Part shown: piece by piece, positions 17,715-27,241 of the stretch
Position numbering within the stretch: the stretch's first letter is position 1
Layout of the letters: every line of letters starts with the position of its first letter
From: Rhodospirillales bacterium
GTDB lineage: Bacteria; Pseudomonadota; Alphaproteobacteria; Rhodospirillales; UBA2165
Length of the DNA stretch: 64,000 bases
Reading direction: 5' to 3'
Assembly: GCA_028345065.1 (NCBI GenBank)
Contig: JAOMCN010000006.1
Location: forward strand, 9,941 to 73,940
The notes under the pieces: model-generated
The model's database searches: none
What the model was told of the DNA's origin: nothing
What the model saw: only the letters and a program-made list of their open reading frames with translations
Program-made: the position numbers and the translations under genes

Positions 17715-19863
17715 TATGGAACATTCCGTTGAGAAAAGTTCTCCGAAGGTGAGTGATATTTCAATGACTGCGGCTCCCGAACCACCTAAAGCAGACTGTC
17801 GACCCGTGACTATCACTTATCATGGTAGAGACCGTATTGATAACTACGCCTGGCTTAAGGACGCAAACTGGCAAGAGGTGATGCGCGATCCCTCCAAACT
17901 CAAAAAAGAAATCCGCACGCACCTGGAAGCCGAAAACTCTCACACCGAGTTGGCTATGTCAGGAACAAAACAACTCCAGGCGACACTAACAAAAGAAATG
18001 CGAGGGAGGCTCGAAGAGGATGAAGCCAGCGTGCCTGCAAAGGATGGTGCATACGAGTATTCAACCCGATTTGAAACTGGCGGCCAGCATCCCATATTCT
18101 GCCGTCGCCGGGATCAACGTAGTTCTGAAGAAGTTCTCCTCCATGGTGACGAGGAAGCTGAGGGGCAGTCATATTTTAAGATCAGCGGCTGCGCACATTC
18201 CACGGACCACTCACGACTAGCCTATGCCGTCGATCTCAAAGGCTCGGAACGCTTTCAGGTACGGGTCCGTGATTTAATCACTGGAAAAGATATTGGTACC
18301 AAGATTGAAGATGCCAAAGGTGATATCGCCTGGGCGAACGACGGCAAAACACTCTTTTACACAATGCTGGACGACAACCATCGCCCCTTTCGTGTGATGC
18401 GCCATACGGTTAACATGGAACAAAAAAGCGATGATTTAATTTATGAGGAAGCTGACCCCGGTTTCTTCGTCAGTCTCGAAAAATGCCAGAGCGGTCAATT
18501 CATCATTATCAGCGCTCACGACCATACAACTTCTGAAATACATTTGATTGATGCTAACGACCCCCACTCTCCTCCTGAAATTGTCACGCCGAGAAAAATG
18601 AACATAGAATATAGCGTAGCCCCGGTAGGGGAGAAACTATTAATTCTAACAAACGCCGATGACGCCGAAGATTTTAAAATCGTAGAAGCCCCATTACGTA
18701 ACCCCAACCGAGAGAATTGGAAGGATGTAGTGCCCCACGAACCCGGGCGATTAATCCGTACAATTCTTGAATTTGCTAATCATCTTGTCCGATTGGAACG
18801 GGTTGACGGCCTTCCCAGGATAATTATCAGAGAGATTATCACCGGAGCGGAACACACTATTGAATTCGATGAAGAAGTTTATGAACTGGGTGTATTACCG
18901 GGTTATGAATTTGATACGAACACTCTCCGGTTCACTTATTCCTCAATGACAACCCCTCTGAGAACCTACGATTACAACATGGTTAAGCAATCCAGAGAGC
19001 TTCGCAAGGAACAAAAAGTTCCGAGCGGCCATAGGTCTGAAGACTATGTCACAAGAAGGCTGATGGCCCCTTCCCATGATGGAGCATTGGTTCCGGTTTC
19101 AATTCTTTATCATAAGAATACACCGCTTGATGGAACTGCACCTGTCTTGCTTTACGGTTACGGCTCTTACGGCTTAGCGATGCCGGCTTCTTTTTCCACT
19201 AACATCTTTTCGATGGTTGAACGGGGATTTATTTACGCAATTGCTCATATCCGCGGGGGCACAGAGAAGGGCTATGGATGGTATCTAGAGGGTAAATTGA
19301 ATAAGAAAGAAAATACCTTTCTGGATTTTATTGCCTCCGCTGAGCATTTAATCTCAAAACATTTTACCAGTGCCGAGCGAATTGCCATTCATGGTGGTAG
19401 CGCCGGGGGGTTGCTGATTGGTACATGCGCAAATTTACGGCCTGACCTTTGGGGCGCCGTGGTAGGTGAAGTACCTTTTGTCGATGTACTAACTACAATG
19501 TGCGACGCAGAATTACCCCTTACCCCTCCAGAATGGCCGGAATGGGGAAATCCAATTGAGGATGCAGATGCCTACGATTATATTCATTCATATTCACCAA
19601 TAGAGAATGTTAAGGAACAAGCCTATCCCCCAATCCTCGCAACCGCTGGATTAACAGACCCCCGCGTAACCTATTGGGAACCTGCGAAGTGGATAGCAAA
19701 ACTCAGAGCTACCAAGACTGATAAAAAACCTCTCTATCTCCGAACAAATATGGAAGCCGGACATGCGGGTGCGGCTGGTCGCTTTGACAGATTGGAGGAA
19801 AAAGCGCTGATTTACGCATTTCTGTTGGAGGTCATGGGATTTAATCCAAGACCAAATGTTTGA
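17707..19863 (+). CDS. ptrB: Oligopeptidase B / prolyl oligopeptidase family (S9A) serine peptidase
   Basis: HGRDRIDNYAWLKD... beta-propeller region ...IAIHGGSAGGLLIG (GxSxGG nucleophile) ...LTDPRVTYWEPAKW...EAGHAGA. The start is ambiguous: ATG at 17707 (overlaps the LigI-like stop), 17716 or 17764. Confidence 0.8.
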   Translation: MRDMEHSVEKSSPKVSDISMTAAPEPPKADCRPVTITYHGRDRIDNYAWLKDANWQEVMRDPSKLKKEIRTHLEAENSHTELAMSGTKQLQATLTKEMRGRLEEDEASVPAKDGAYEYSTRFETGGQHPIFCRRRDQRSSEEVLLHGDEEAEGQSYFKISGCAHSTDHSRLAYAVDLKGSERFQVRVRDLITGKDIGTKIEDAKGDIAWANDGKTLFYTMLDDNHRPFRVMRHTVNMEQKSDDLIYEEADPGFFVSLEKCQSGQFIIISAHDHTTSEIHLIDANDPHSPPEIVTPRKMNIEYSVAPVGEKLLILTNADDAEDFKIVEAPLRNPNRENWKDVVPHEPGRLIRTILEFANHLVRLERVDGLPRIIIREIITGAEHTIEFDEEVYELGVLPGYEFDTNTLRFTYSSMTTPLRTYDYNMVKQSRELRKEQKVPSGHRSEDYVTRRLMAPSHDGALVPVSILYHKNTPLDGTAPVLLYGYGSYGLAMPASFSTNIFSMVERGFIYAIAHIRGGTEKGYGWYLEGKLNKKENTFLDFIASAEHLISKHFTSAERIAIHGGSAGGLLIGTCANLRPDLWGAVVGEVPFVDVLTTMCDAELPLTPPEWPEWGNPIEDADAYDYIHSYSPIENVKEQAYPPILATAGLTDPRVTYWEPAKWIAKLRATKTDKKPLYLRTNMEAGHAGAAGRFDRLEEKALIYAFLLEVMGFNPRPNV

Positions 19864-19877
19864 ATAATTGGAAATCT

Positions 19878-19903
19878 ACCAGAATTTTCCCTAAAATTCT
19901 GGT
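19878..19903. terminator. Perfect hairpin, 11-bp arms and 4-nt loop, 15 nt after the ptrB stop
   Basis: accagaatttt-ccct-aaaattctggt, read directly. There is no clear T-tract after it, so it could instead be an operator in front of the NicX-like gene. Confidence 0.4.
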
Positions 19904-19949
19904 GAAAATGGTCCGTATGATAAATAGGTGACCAAAACAGGAGGGAATA

Positions 19950-21014
19950 ATGCGCGCACAAGAGATAAACCCCGCAAAACTCGCGATGCTGTTCCGAAAG
20001 GAATTCCAGATGTGCAATGTTAAAGAGGGCGAAACCATAGCAATTCTAAGCGACATTGCCACCCGGCGCGATTTTGTCATGGCATCTTTTGCGGCTGCTG
20101 AAGATTTGGGCGCCAACATTTACGAAGTTTGCGTAAATGAGGTCCCTTCCTGGGTTAGGGTCGGAATTGAAACGGTCGGTGCATGTAGCGGTACAGTCCA
20201 GGCTTTCGAGGCTGCCGACATGCTGCTTTGTTTGCACGTCCCCCTATTTACGAAATGGATGAAACAAGTACGAAACAGTGGCACACGGGTACTAATGATA
20301 ATTGATCACCCCGATGATCTTGAAAAACTTTTAGCACCTCCTGGCCTTAAAGAGGCAGTGATATATTCCGGTAAACGCCTGGAAGAAACCAAACATATAC
20401 GTGTCGTCAGTGAAGCAGGAACAGACCTGTCTTACGAGTGCGGTGAATATCCCACAATGATCCAATACGGCTTCGCCGATGAGCCTGGTCGGTTTGACCA
20501 TTGGGGGGCCGGCCATGTCCACACCTTCCCCAATGAAGGAAGCGCCAACGGTGCAGTTGTGATTCAACCGGGTGACTTATGTGTCTTACCGTACAACCGG
20601 TATATCCAGGATGAAATCCAGATTGAAGTCCGCGATGGTATTATTCGCAAGATAGATGGAGGTCTAGATGCGAAACTCATGAATTACTTCTTGGATGATA
20701 ATAAACGCCATGAAGACGATTTGGATGGTCATGCACTCTCACATCTGGGATGGGGTTTAAACCCACAATCCCGATGGGATGCTTTAGCTCTCTATGGAGA
20801 TGACCCCGACCGCACCTATGCTTCAGCCCGCACTTTTGCAGGAAACTACCTATTCTCTACTGGCCCAAACAATGAAGGTGGAGGTACTCGCGATACCAAG
20901 GGTCACTACGACGTTCCTATGCGCGACTGCACAATTATGTTGGATAATGATGTCATCATTGAAAAGGGTGTCATCAAGGACAAGAATATGGCGGTTGAAC
21001 GAATTCCACGTTAG
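19950..21014 (+). CDS. NicX-like 2,5-dihydroxypyridine 5,6-dioxygenase family protein (M29 aminopeptidase-like fold)
   Basis: GFADEPGRFDHW...TFPNEGSANG...SHLGWGL...FAGNYLFSTGPNNEGGGTRDTKGHYDVPMRDC closely parallels NicX as I remember it, including the His...His-x-Asp metal positions. Confidence 0.7.
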   Translation: MRAQEINPAKLAMLFRKEFQMCNVKEGETIAILSDIATRRDFVMASFAAAEDLGANIYEVCVNEVPSWVRVGIETVGACSGTVQAFEAADMLLCLHVPLFTKWMKQVRNSGTRVLMIIDHPDDLEKLLAPPGLKEAVIYSGKRLEETKHIRVVSEAGTDLSYECGEYPTMIQYGFADEPGRFDHWGAGHVHTFPNEGSANGAVVIQPGDLCVLPYNRYIQDEIQIEVRDGIIRKIDGGLDAKLMNYFLDDNKRHEDDLDGHALSHLGWGLNPQSRWDALALYGDDPDRTYASARTFAGNYLFSTGPNNEGGGTRDTKGHYDVPMRDCTIMLDNDVIIEKGVIKDKNMAVERIPR

Positions 21015-21066
21015 TGCCCGTAATGCCATAATATTGGATGTTTTAATGTAATCGGGTCCTCTATTA

Positions 21067-21498
21067 TTAGCTAATTTTCGCCAAAACGGATCGCATCTGA
21101 GTGCTTAGTGGGGTTGGTTTATTGCCTGAACGGGTTACATAAACGTGGACGAAATAACCCTCCGCGGCTGGGTTATCTTCGTCATTTTTAAATAGTCCTA
21201 TTTCGTAGCGAACACTCGACGTACCGATGTGCGCAACCCTTATACCTGCAACAACGACATCCGGAAAAGCAATAGGCGCAAAATATTGGCATTTGGTTTC
21301 CACCACTAAACCTACAACTTTGCCTTTACTGTAATCGAGTTGACCCTGTTCGATAAGAAACTTGTTCACCACGGTATCAAAAAACGAGTAATAGACCACA
21401 TTATTCACATGGCCATAGACGTCATTATCCATCCAACGTGTCGGGATAGTTAAAAAATGCCGGTAATGAACGCGGCCTATATTAGATGAGTTGGGCAT
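21067..21498 (-). CDS. Hotdog-fold acyl-CoA thioesterase (4HBT/YbgC-like)
   Basis: TIPTRWMDNDVYGHVNNVVYYSFFDTVVNKFL. Confidence 0.75.
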   Translation of the reverse strand: MPNSSNIGRVHYRHFLTIPTRWMDNDVYGHVNNVVYYSFFDTVVNKFLIEQGQLDYSKGKVVGLVVETKCQYFAPIAFPDVVVAGIRVAHIGTSSVRYEIGLFKNDEDNPAAEGYFVHVYVTRSGNKPTPLSTQMRSVLAKIS

Positions 21499-21713
21499 AT
21501 CGCTATTCCCTTTTGCGCCACAAAAGAAAACAAGTTACGTTACGATCTAATGATTTAATATAAAAAATAACAGAGTTCTTGGAGTGGGGGCGTAATTTAG
21601 GTCTGACTACCGCCCGTTCAAAGCTGGGGGCCAAATCAGCATTCAAGATCTTAATGGTACTAAAAAACATGTTAATCATAGGTCTTAATTAGTTACAGCG
21701 CTGGAGAGACTTT

Positions 21714-22133
21714 GTGTCTGGCATTATAAAAAACTATTTTAACGACATTTCTGTCGAAATGGGCGCAACATACGAAAAACAAATTACCCACGATGACGTT
21801 CAAGCTTTCGCAAATATATCGGGGGACCATAATCCCATACACCTGGATGACGAATTTGCAAAAGATAGTATCTTCGGAGAGCGGGTAGCCCACGGCATGC
21901 TGACGGCCAGTCATATTTCTGCAGCCTTAGTAAATTTTGCTGGCCCCGGATGGTTATACGTTAACCAATCTCTTTACTTTCGGGCACCCGTAAGAATTGG
22001 TGACACCGTGACAACACAAGTTAAAGTTGAAAAATGTTTAATGCTAAAACATCTTGTGGAATTATCCACAGAAAGCAGAGTAGCAGACAAAATAGTTCTG
22101 ACAGGAACAGCTACAATAAAATCTCCCGACTAA
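21714..22133 (+). CDS. MaoC-like (R)-specific enoyl-CoA hydratase
   Basis: [35 protein letters not shown] start. Confidence 0.8.
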   Translation: MSGIIKNYFNDISVEMGATYEKQITHDDVQAFANISGDHNPIHLDDEFAKDSIFGERVAHGMLTASHISAALVNFAGPGWLYVNQSLYFRAPVRIGDTVTTQVKVEKCLMLKHLVELSTESRVADKIVLTGTATIKSPD

Positions 22134-22170
22134 CGAAGTAATTATTCTGTTTGATCAGAAAGGATTCAAT

Positions 22171-23352
22171 ATGAGCGAAGATACAGATATCGTTATAGCC
22201 TCTGGCTCGCGAACACCTATTGGTGCTTTCAACGGGGGATTTTCTGATTTGCCTTCCCATTTGCTTGGCAGCACCGTAATTACCGAAACCCTAAACCGGG
22301 CTGGTGTTAATTCAAACGACGTGTCGGAGGTGATCCTTGGACAGGTTCTAACGGCTGGCGGGGGGATGAACCCCGCTCGACAAGCGTCTATGGCTGCAGG
22401 CATCCCAAAGGAAAGAACAGCTTACATTGTTAACCAGGTCTGTGGATCAGGCCTCCGAGCTGTAGCACTTGGCGTTCAAGCTATAAAAGCCGGTGATTCT
22501 TCAATTGTAGTCGCTGGAGGTCAGGAAAACATGACCCAGGCTCCCCACGTGTCACAACTACGGGCGGGGATCAAAATGGGAACCGCAGAACTAGTCGACA
22601 GCATGATAACTGATGGATTATGGGATGTTTTTAACGGCTACCACATGGGTATCACAGCTGAGAATGTTGCCGAAAAATGGCAGATCTCTCGAGATCAACA
22701 GGATATGTTTGCCGCAACATCTCAGATACGGGCTGAAGCTGCACAAAAGGCAAATGCATTCAAGGATGAGATAGTACCTGTGACCGTACCATCCCGAAAA
22801 GGTGATATCGTTATTGCAGACGACGAACACCCCCGCCACGGCACTACCATCGAATCACTCTCAAAGTTACGTCCGGCTTTTGATAAAGAGGGTTCGGTTA
22901 CGGCGGGCAATGCTTCCGGCATCAACGACGGTGCTGCAGCGGTGCTGCTCATGACAGCTAAAGAGGCCAAAAAGCGCAAGATAGAGCCTCTGGGACGAAT
23001 TAAGTCTTGGGCAACGGAAGGTGTGGACCCAGCAATTATGGGAGCGGGTCCTATCCCGGCAAGCAAAAAGGCTCTCGAAAAAGCTGCCTGGACTAGCGAT
23101 GAGCTAGACCTGATTGAAGCCAATGAAGCTTTTGCTGCCCAGGCTTGCGCAGTTACCAAAGAAATGGGCTGGGATCCTGAAATAGTCAATGTAAATGGGG
23201 GAGCAATTGCACTTGGTCACCCGATTGGTGCGTCTGGCGCACGCGTTCTCGTGACACTACTTTACGAAATGAAAAAACGTGAAGCAAAAAAAGGCCTCGC
23301 CACCCTTTGTATAGGGGGAGGCATGGGTATTGCGATGTGTGTAGAACGTTAA
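22171..23352 (+). CDS. Acetyl-CoA C-acetyltransferase (thiolase II)
   Basis: [12 protein letters not shown] (active-site Cys), ...[20 protein letters not shown]..., ...[10 protein letters not shown]. Confidence 0.9.
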   Translation: MSEDTDIVIASGSRTPIGAFNGGFSDLPSHLLGSTVITETLNRAGVNSNDVSEVILGQVLTAGGGMNPARQASMAAGIPKERTAYIVNQVCGSGLRAVALGVQAIKAGDSSIVVAGGQENMTQAPHVSQLRAGIKMGTAELVDSMITDGLWDVFNGYHMGITAENVAEKWQISRDQQDMFAATSQIRAEAAQKANAFKDEIVPVTVPSRKGDIVIADDEHPRHGTTIESLSKLRPAFDKEGSVTAGNASGINDGAAAVLLMTAKEAKKRKIEPLGRIKSWATEGVDPAIMGAGPIPASKKALEKAAWTSDELDLIEANEAFAAQACAVTKEMGWDPEIVNVNGGAIALGHPIGASGARVLVTLLYEMKKREAKKGLATLCIGGGMGIAMCVER

Positions 23353-23397
23353 TCCAGAATTTTAATTTAACGACCGGTATCTTTATCCGTTAAATCG

Positions 23398-24195
23398 TTA
23401 CTCATTATACAATAGAAATGGGTTGCGCCCCTTAGTCGTTTGTTCTGCGAGTTTTCTATAACCCTGGTAGAGTTTGAGATCGTCCGAGAAAACCTCCAAG
23501 TAATCAATAAATGCTCTACTTACTTTGTCTTTTTCGTAAGCTATCGCCATCCCAGATGGGGTCTTAGTTAGAAGGCGCCCGTCCAGATGACTTTCTTTAA
23601 GGATGCGGCTAAAACCGTCGACCATATTAAAATTTAAAACGTCGTGAAACAAATACACACAATCCGATGATGCCTTTCTTTTTGTCGCCCAAAAATCGGC
23701 GACCAAAGCCTCATTCGTGTGATCGGCATCAACAAGGACGAAGTCCAGTGGTCCATCCAGATACTCATCGCAAATTCCAGCCACGTCTTTGGGCGACTCT
23801 CCCATTACAGCAGTACCATCAAGATCAAGTTTTTTGAAAATCCGGTTGGTCAGATCCAAGCCTTCATTAACCGGGAAGTTATCCATACCCGCCGTTTTTG
23901 CTCCCCGGAACGTGAGCGCTGTGGCGACTGTACTCCAGCCAAAGGCATTGCCAATTATCAAGCAGTTTTTAGGAGACAATAGCGTACCTAGATTTTCAAG
24001 AAACATAACTTCTTGAAGTGCTAAACCCCCTTGGTCAGTTGCCCTGATTTCTTCGTTGCCTTGCAGAAATACCGTGAATGGAGCGTCACGCCAATTGTGA
24101 AGATGCCAAGGGTTATAACCTGTGAGCGGCACCAAACCGGCATCTACGTAAGCATAGTAAAGAGTCTGAAAAACCGGCACAGCACGAACTCTCAA
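23398..24195 (-). CDS. Putative class I SAM-dependent methyltransferase-fold protein (Methyltransf_24/CmcI-like)
   Basis: CLIIGNAFGWSTVATAL (motif I-like) and DFVLVDADHTNEA (post-II-like). This is a weak pattern-level call. Confidence 0.4.
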   Translation of the reverse strand: MRVRAVPVFQTLYYAYVDAGLVPLTGYNPWHLHNWRDAPFTVFLQGNEEIRATDQGGLALQEVMFLENLGTLLSPKNCLIIGNAFGWSTVATALTFRGAKTAGMDNFPVNEGLDLTNRIFKKLDLDGTAVMGESPKDVAGICDEYLDGPLDFVLVDADHTNEALVADFWATKRKASSDCVYLFHDVLNFNMVDGFSRILKESHLDGRLLTKTPSGMAIAYEKDKVSRAFIDYLEVFSDDLKLYQGYRKLAEQTTKGRNPFLLYNE

Positions 24196-24210
24196 AAAAA
24201 ATTTAAATCG

Positions 24211-24819
24211 CTACACAACCTGACCTGGACGGCCCCCAAATCTATATCTTTCTATTGTGACCCGATCATATAAGTTGTTTGAATAGTAAGGCTCAATAGC
24301 GAGAAAGTCATTCACTGCCTGACGGCTTGGTAAACTGATCAAGTTGGCACTGCCCCGCCACTCTTTCCCGTCATCACTGAATATGGGTCCTCGAGCAATA
24401 AAGTTTTCCGTATCATAGGGTTTGAAATAGGTGCGATGAGCCGACAAAAGTTCTTGACGTTTTTCGTGCATTCCTGCTTTTCCATGCCCTCGTATGTACC
24501 AGTTTAATTGATCTTCCTTACGAGGAAAATCAACCTGACGTCTTTTTAATGCAAACCCCCATTGCTTTATGTGCACCTCACGATAAACACCATTTTTGTT
24601 ATGCGGTTCGTTGTCCACGAATGTCCGCACTTGTTCCCAATCATCAAACTCAACAAATAAAACGCTAGAGAGCACGTCTTTATCATCGTCGGTTACTGTC
24701 GCCCCTCGCGCGATAAAACACTCCCTATGATCGTCAAAATACTGCCAATGGTCCAAACGGCTCTTCTCTCTTTGTTTAGGATTTTCAGGGTTGTCAATTA
24801 ATTGAACATGAAAGTACAT
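24211..24819 (-). CDS. Tandem YciI-like domain protein
   Basis: Two roughly 95-aa halves each show the YciI pattern: RxxHxxYF...FIARGP/A...SxxLxxF/L...V..F...PY/H. The ATG at 24819 (MYFHVQL) is preferred. Confidence 0.5.
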   Translation of the reverse strand: MYFHVQLIDNPENPKQREKSRLDHWQYFDDHRECFIARGATVTDDDKDVLSSVLFVEFDDWEQVRTFVDNEPHNKNGVYREVHIKQWGFALKRRQVDFPRKEDQLNWYIRGHGKAGMHEKRQELLSAHRTYFKPYDTENFIARGPIFSDDGKEWRGSANLISLPSRQAVNDFLAIEPYYSNNLYDRVTIERYRFGGRPGQVV

Positions 24820-24837
24820 TATATTACGCCTCAAACT

Positions 24838-25878
24838 CTAGACAGCAGAGACCGTGACGCGTTCTCCGGTATCGAGTGACCGGCGCATCGCATCCACAAC
24901 AGCAATATTGTGGATCATCTGATCTGTTGAAATTATAAACCCCGACTTTCCTTCAATAGCATCTGCAAATGATGAAAAGTTCTGTGCTACTGAATCTATG
25001 ATATCGAAGGAATGTTTTGTATGCGCCTCTTTTGAACTAACGGTTAAGTTAATCAAGGAACATTCCCTATACGCCTCAAAAGTCTCCGGACCTGCTGCCT
25101 CAGCCCATTTTTCTGAACCAAATATTTGTAACCGTGAATTGAGAGGGGTAGCCAAGGAATTGCCAAGGTAACCTGTGGCCCCGCATTTAAACCCAACTGT
25201 CACAGAAATTGTATCCAGAAAGGATGGATTTACGGCCTGGCAAGATCCGGCAGCAAATACCCAATCAATTTCTCCCAGGAGATGGATGAAAGTATCCACG
25301 CGATGGAGGCCAAATTGGGAAATAGGACCAGTGGGCGCCTCTTCCTCTCTCAATCGCCATCCCCGTTCAGTCGGGACATCAGCATTGTCATAATAGTCTT
25401 TATACAGTTGATGTATTGAGTCATGACTGAGGTTTGTTTCCAGGTGAAGAATATTTCCAAAAGTTCCATTACCGATCATATTTTTTAGTTCTGCTATCAC
25501 CGGATAATGCCGCTGATCGTGACCAAGCGCTAACTGTATACCGGCGCTTTCAGCAGCTACGACGGCGCGTTTGGCATCCTGCAAGTTCAATGCAAATGGT
25601 TTCTCCGCATAGATGTGCTTTCCAGCCTCTGCCGCTTTTTCAATTTGCATCGTGTGGAGTGTATGAGGCGTCGCCAACGACACTGCTTCAATTGACGGAT
25701 CTGAGAGTGCCTCCTCAATGGATTCCGCAAAATTTAGTCCCAATTTTTTCGCAATGGGGGTTGTTCTTTCTGTTTCGGGATCAACCGCCATTTTCACGTT
25801 AAAACGCCCACTAGATTGCGCCGAACGTACGTGACGTTGACCCCAAACACCAAGGCCGATGACCGCGAGATTTATCAT
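24838..25878 (-). CDS. Gfo/Idh/MocA family NAD(P)-dependent oxidoreductase
   Basis: MINLAVIGLGVWGQRH...HIYAEKPFAL. Confidence 0.8.
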   Translation of the reverse strand: MINLAVIGLGVWGQRHVRSAQSSGRFNVKMAVDPETERTTPIAKKLGLNFAESIEEALSDPSIEAVSLATPHTLHTMQIEKAAEAGKHIYAEKPFALNLQDAKRAVVAAESAGIQLALGHDQRHYPVIAELKNMIGNGTFGNILHLETNLSHDSIHQLYKDYYDNADVPTERGWRLREEEAPTGPISQFGLHRVDTFIHLLGEIDWVFAAGSCQAVNPSFLDTISVTVGFKCGATGYLGNSLATPLNSRLQIFGSEKWAEAAGPETFEAYRECSLINLTVSSKEAHTKHSFDIIDSVAQNFSSFADAIEGKSGFIISTDQMIHNIAVVDAMRRSLDTGERVTVSAV

Positions 25879-25978
25879 GTAGATATTCTAACCCTCCAAG
25901 TGTATTTAGGCATGCAAAAAGTAAATTGACGTGAGATGCTGGGGCCCTCATGCTAGATGTAGGTGAAGGAATTTTAAG

Positions 25979-26755
25979 ATGGCAACACAAGATATTCGGA
26001 CTATCCGTAACGTTCAATCTCTAGAGGGAAACGTCTCGACAGACGAATGGAATGCTCGGGTTGACCTGGCGGCATGTTATCGGCTGGTTAGATCTAACGG
26101 CTGGAATATGAATATTTTTAATCACGTGTCCGCACGTGTGCCAGGAGAACCAAATTATTTTCTAATTAAGGCCCACGCCCTATTATGGGATGAAGTCACA
26201 GCATCTAACCTCGTGAAGGTTAATATGAACGAAGAGTTAGATGAAACATCTCTAGTTAACCGGCCAGGGTTTGTCCTTCACTCTGCTATTCTGAGATCGC
26301 GACTAGACGTGAACGCCGTGCTGCACATCCACGAAGATGCCTGCATTGCTATCTCCTCTACAAAAGAAGGTTTGCTGCCGCTTACCCAAGATGCCGTTTT
26401 TCTATACGGCCAAGTAGCATATCATGATTATGCTGGCATAACAGAGAACGCTGAAGAGCGCGCGGCCATAACAAATAATCTAGGTCATAAGACAGCTATG
26501 CTCATGAGAAACCACGGGTCTGTTACAGTGGGCGAGACTACCCAGGAGGCATACTCTTGGACCCAGCGCCTGGTAAAAGCATGTCAAATTCAACTGCAAT
26601 TGATGGCTTCTGGCGCAGAGTTGGTGGTCCCATCTGAGGAAATTTGTCAACACGTAGTAAACCAGTTTATGGAACATAACAAAGGTCGAGGACTGGACGA
26701 TTGGCCGGCGGCATTACGGCAACTCGACCGCATTGATAACACATATCGGCATTAG
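25979..26755 (+). CDS. Class II aldolase/adducin family protein
   Basis: NHVSARVPGEPNYFLIKAH...HSAILRSRLDVNAVLHIHE...MRNHGSVTVG. Confidence 0.8.
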   Translation: MATQDIRTIRNVQSLEGNVSTDEWNARVDLAACYRLVRSNGWNMNIFNHVSARVPGEPNYFLIKAHALLWDEVTASNLVKVNMNEELDETSLVNRPGFVLHSAILRSRLDVNAVLHIHEDACIAISSTKEGLLPLTQDAVFLYGQVAYHDYAGITENAEERAAITNNLGHKTAMLMRNHGSVTVGETTQEAYSWTQRLVKACQIQLQLMASGAELVVPSEEICQHVVNQFMEHNKGRGLDDWPAALRQLDRIDNTYRH

Positions 26756-26767
26756 GTACTTTTCTCT

Positions 26768-27241
26768 ATGACGACATTCACCTTATTAGTAAATGGGAAT
26801 AATCACTCGGTCGAGACGGATCCGGCAACACCCTTGATCTTTATACTAAGGAATCAACTCAACTATACCGGCCCGAAGCTGGGCTGTGGGCTCGAGACTT
26901 GTGGTGCATGCGCTGTACTTGTAGACGGCGAAGCTGAGCTCAGTTGCACCCGTGCCGCATCCGAATTTGAAGGCAAACAAATCACTACCATCGAAGGCTT
27001 AAGCTTAAACGGGAATCTCAGTGCAGTACAGCAAGCCTTTATGGATGAAGGGGCGGCACAGTGCGGATACTGCACACCCGGTATCATTATCGCAGTAACA
27101 GGTCTTATTTCCAAGACATCCAAACCGAGTAACAGTGAAATCAACGAAGCGCTCGAAAAACATCTATGCCGATGTGGATCGCACGCAAACGTTATTAAGG
27201 CGGTTAAACGTCTGACTGCAGGAGGGGGCAAAATTGACTAG
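26768..27241 (+). CDS. [2Fe-2S]-binding small subunit of a molybdenum hydroxylase (IorA/CoxS-like)
   Basis: GCGLETCGACAVLVDG...QCGYCTPGIII...LCRCGSH. Confidence 0.85.
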   Translation: MTTFTLLVNGNNHSVETDPATPLIFILRNQLNYTGPKLGCGLETCGACAVLVDGEAELSCTRAASEFEGKQITTIEGLSLNGNLSAVQQAFMDEGAAQCGYCTPGIIIAVTGLISKTSKPSNSEINEALEKHLCRCGSHANVIKAVKRLTAGGGKID

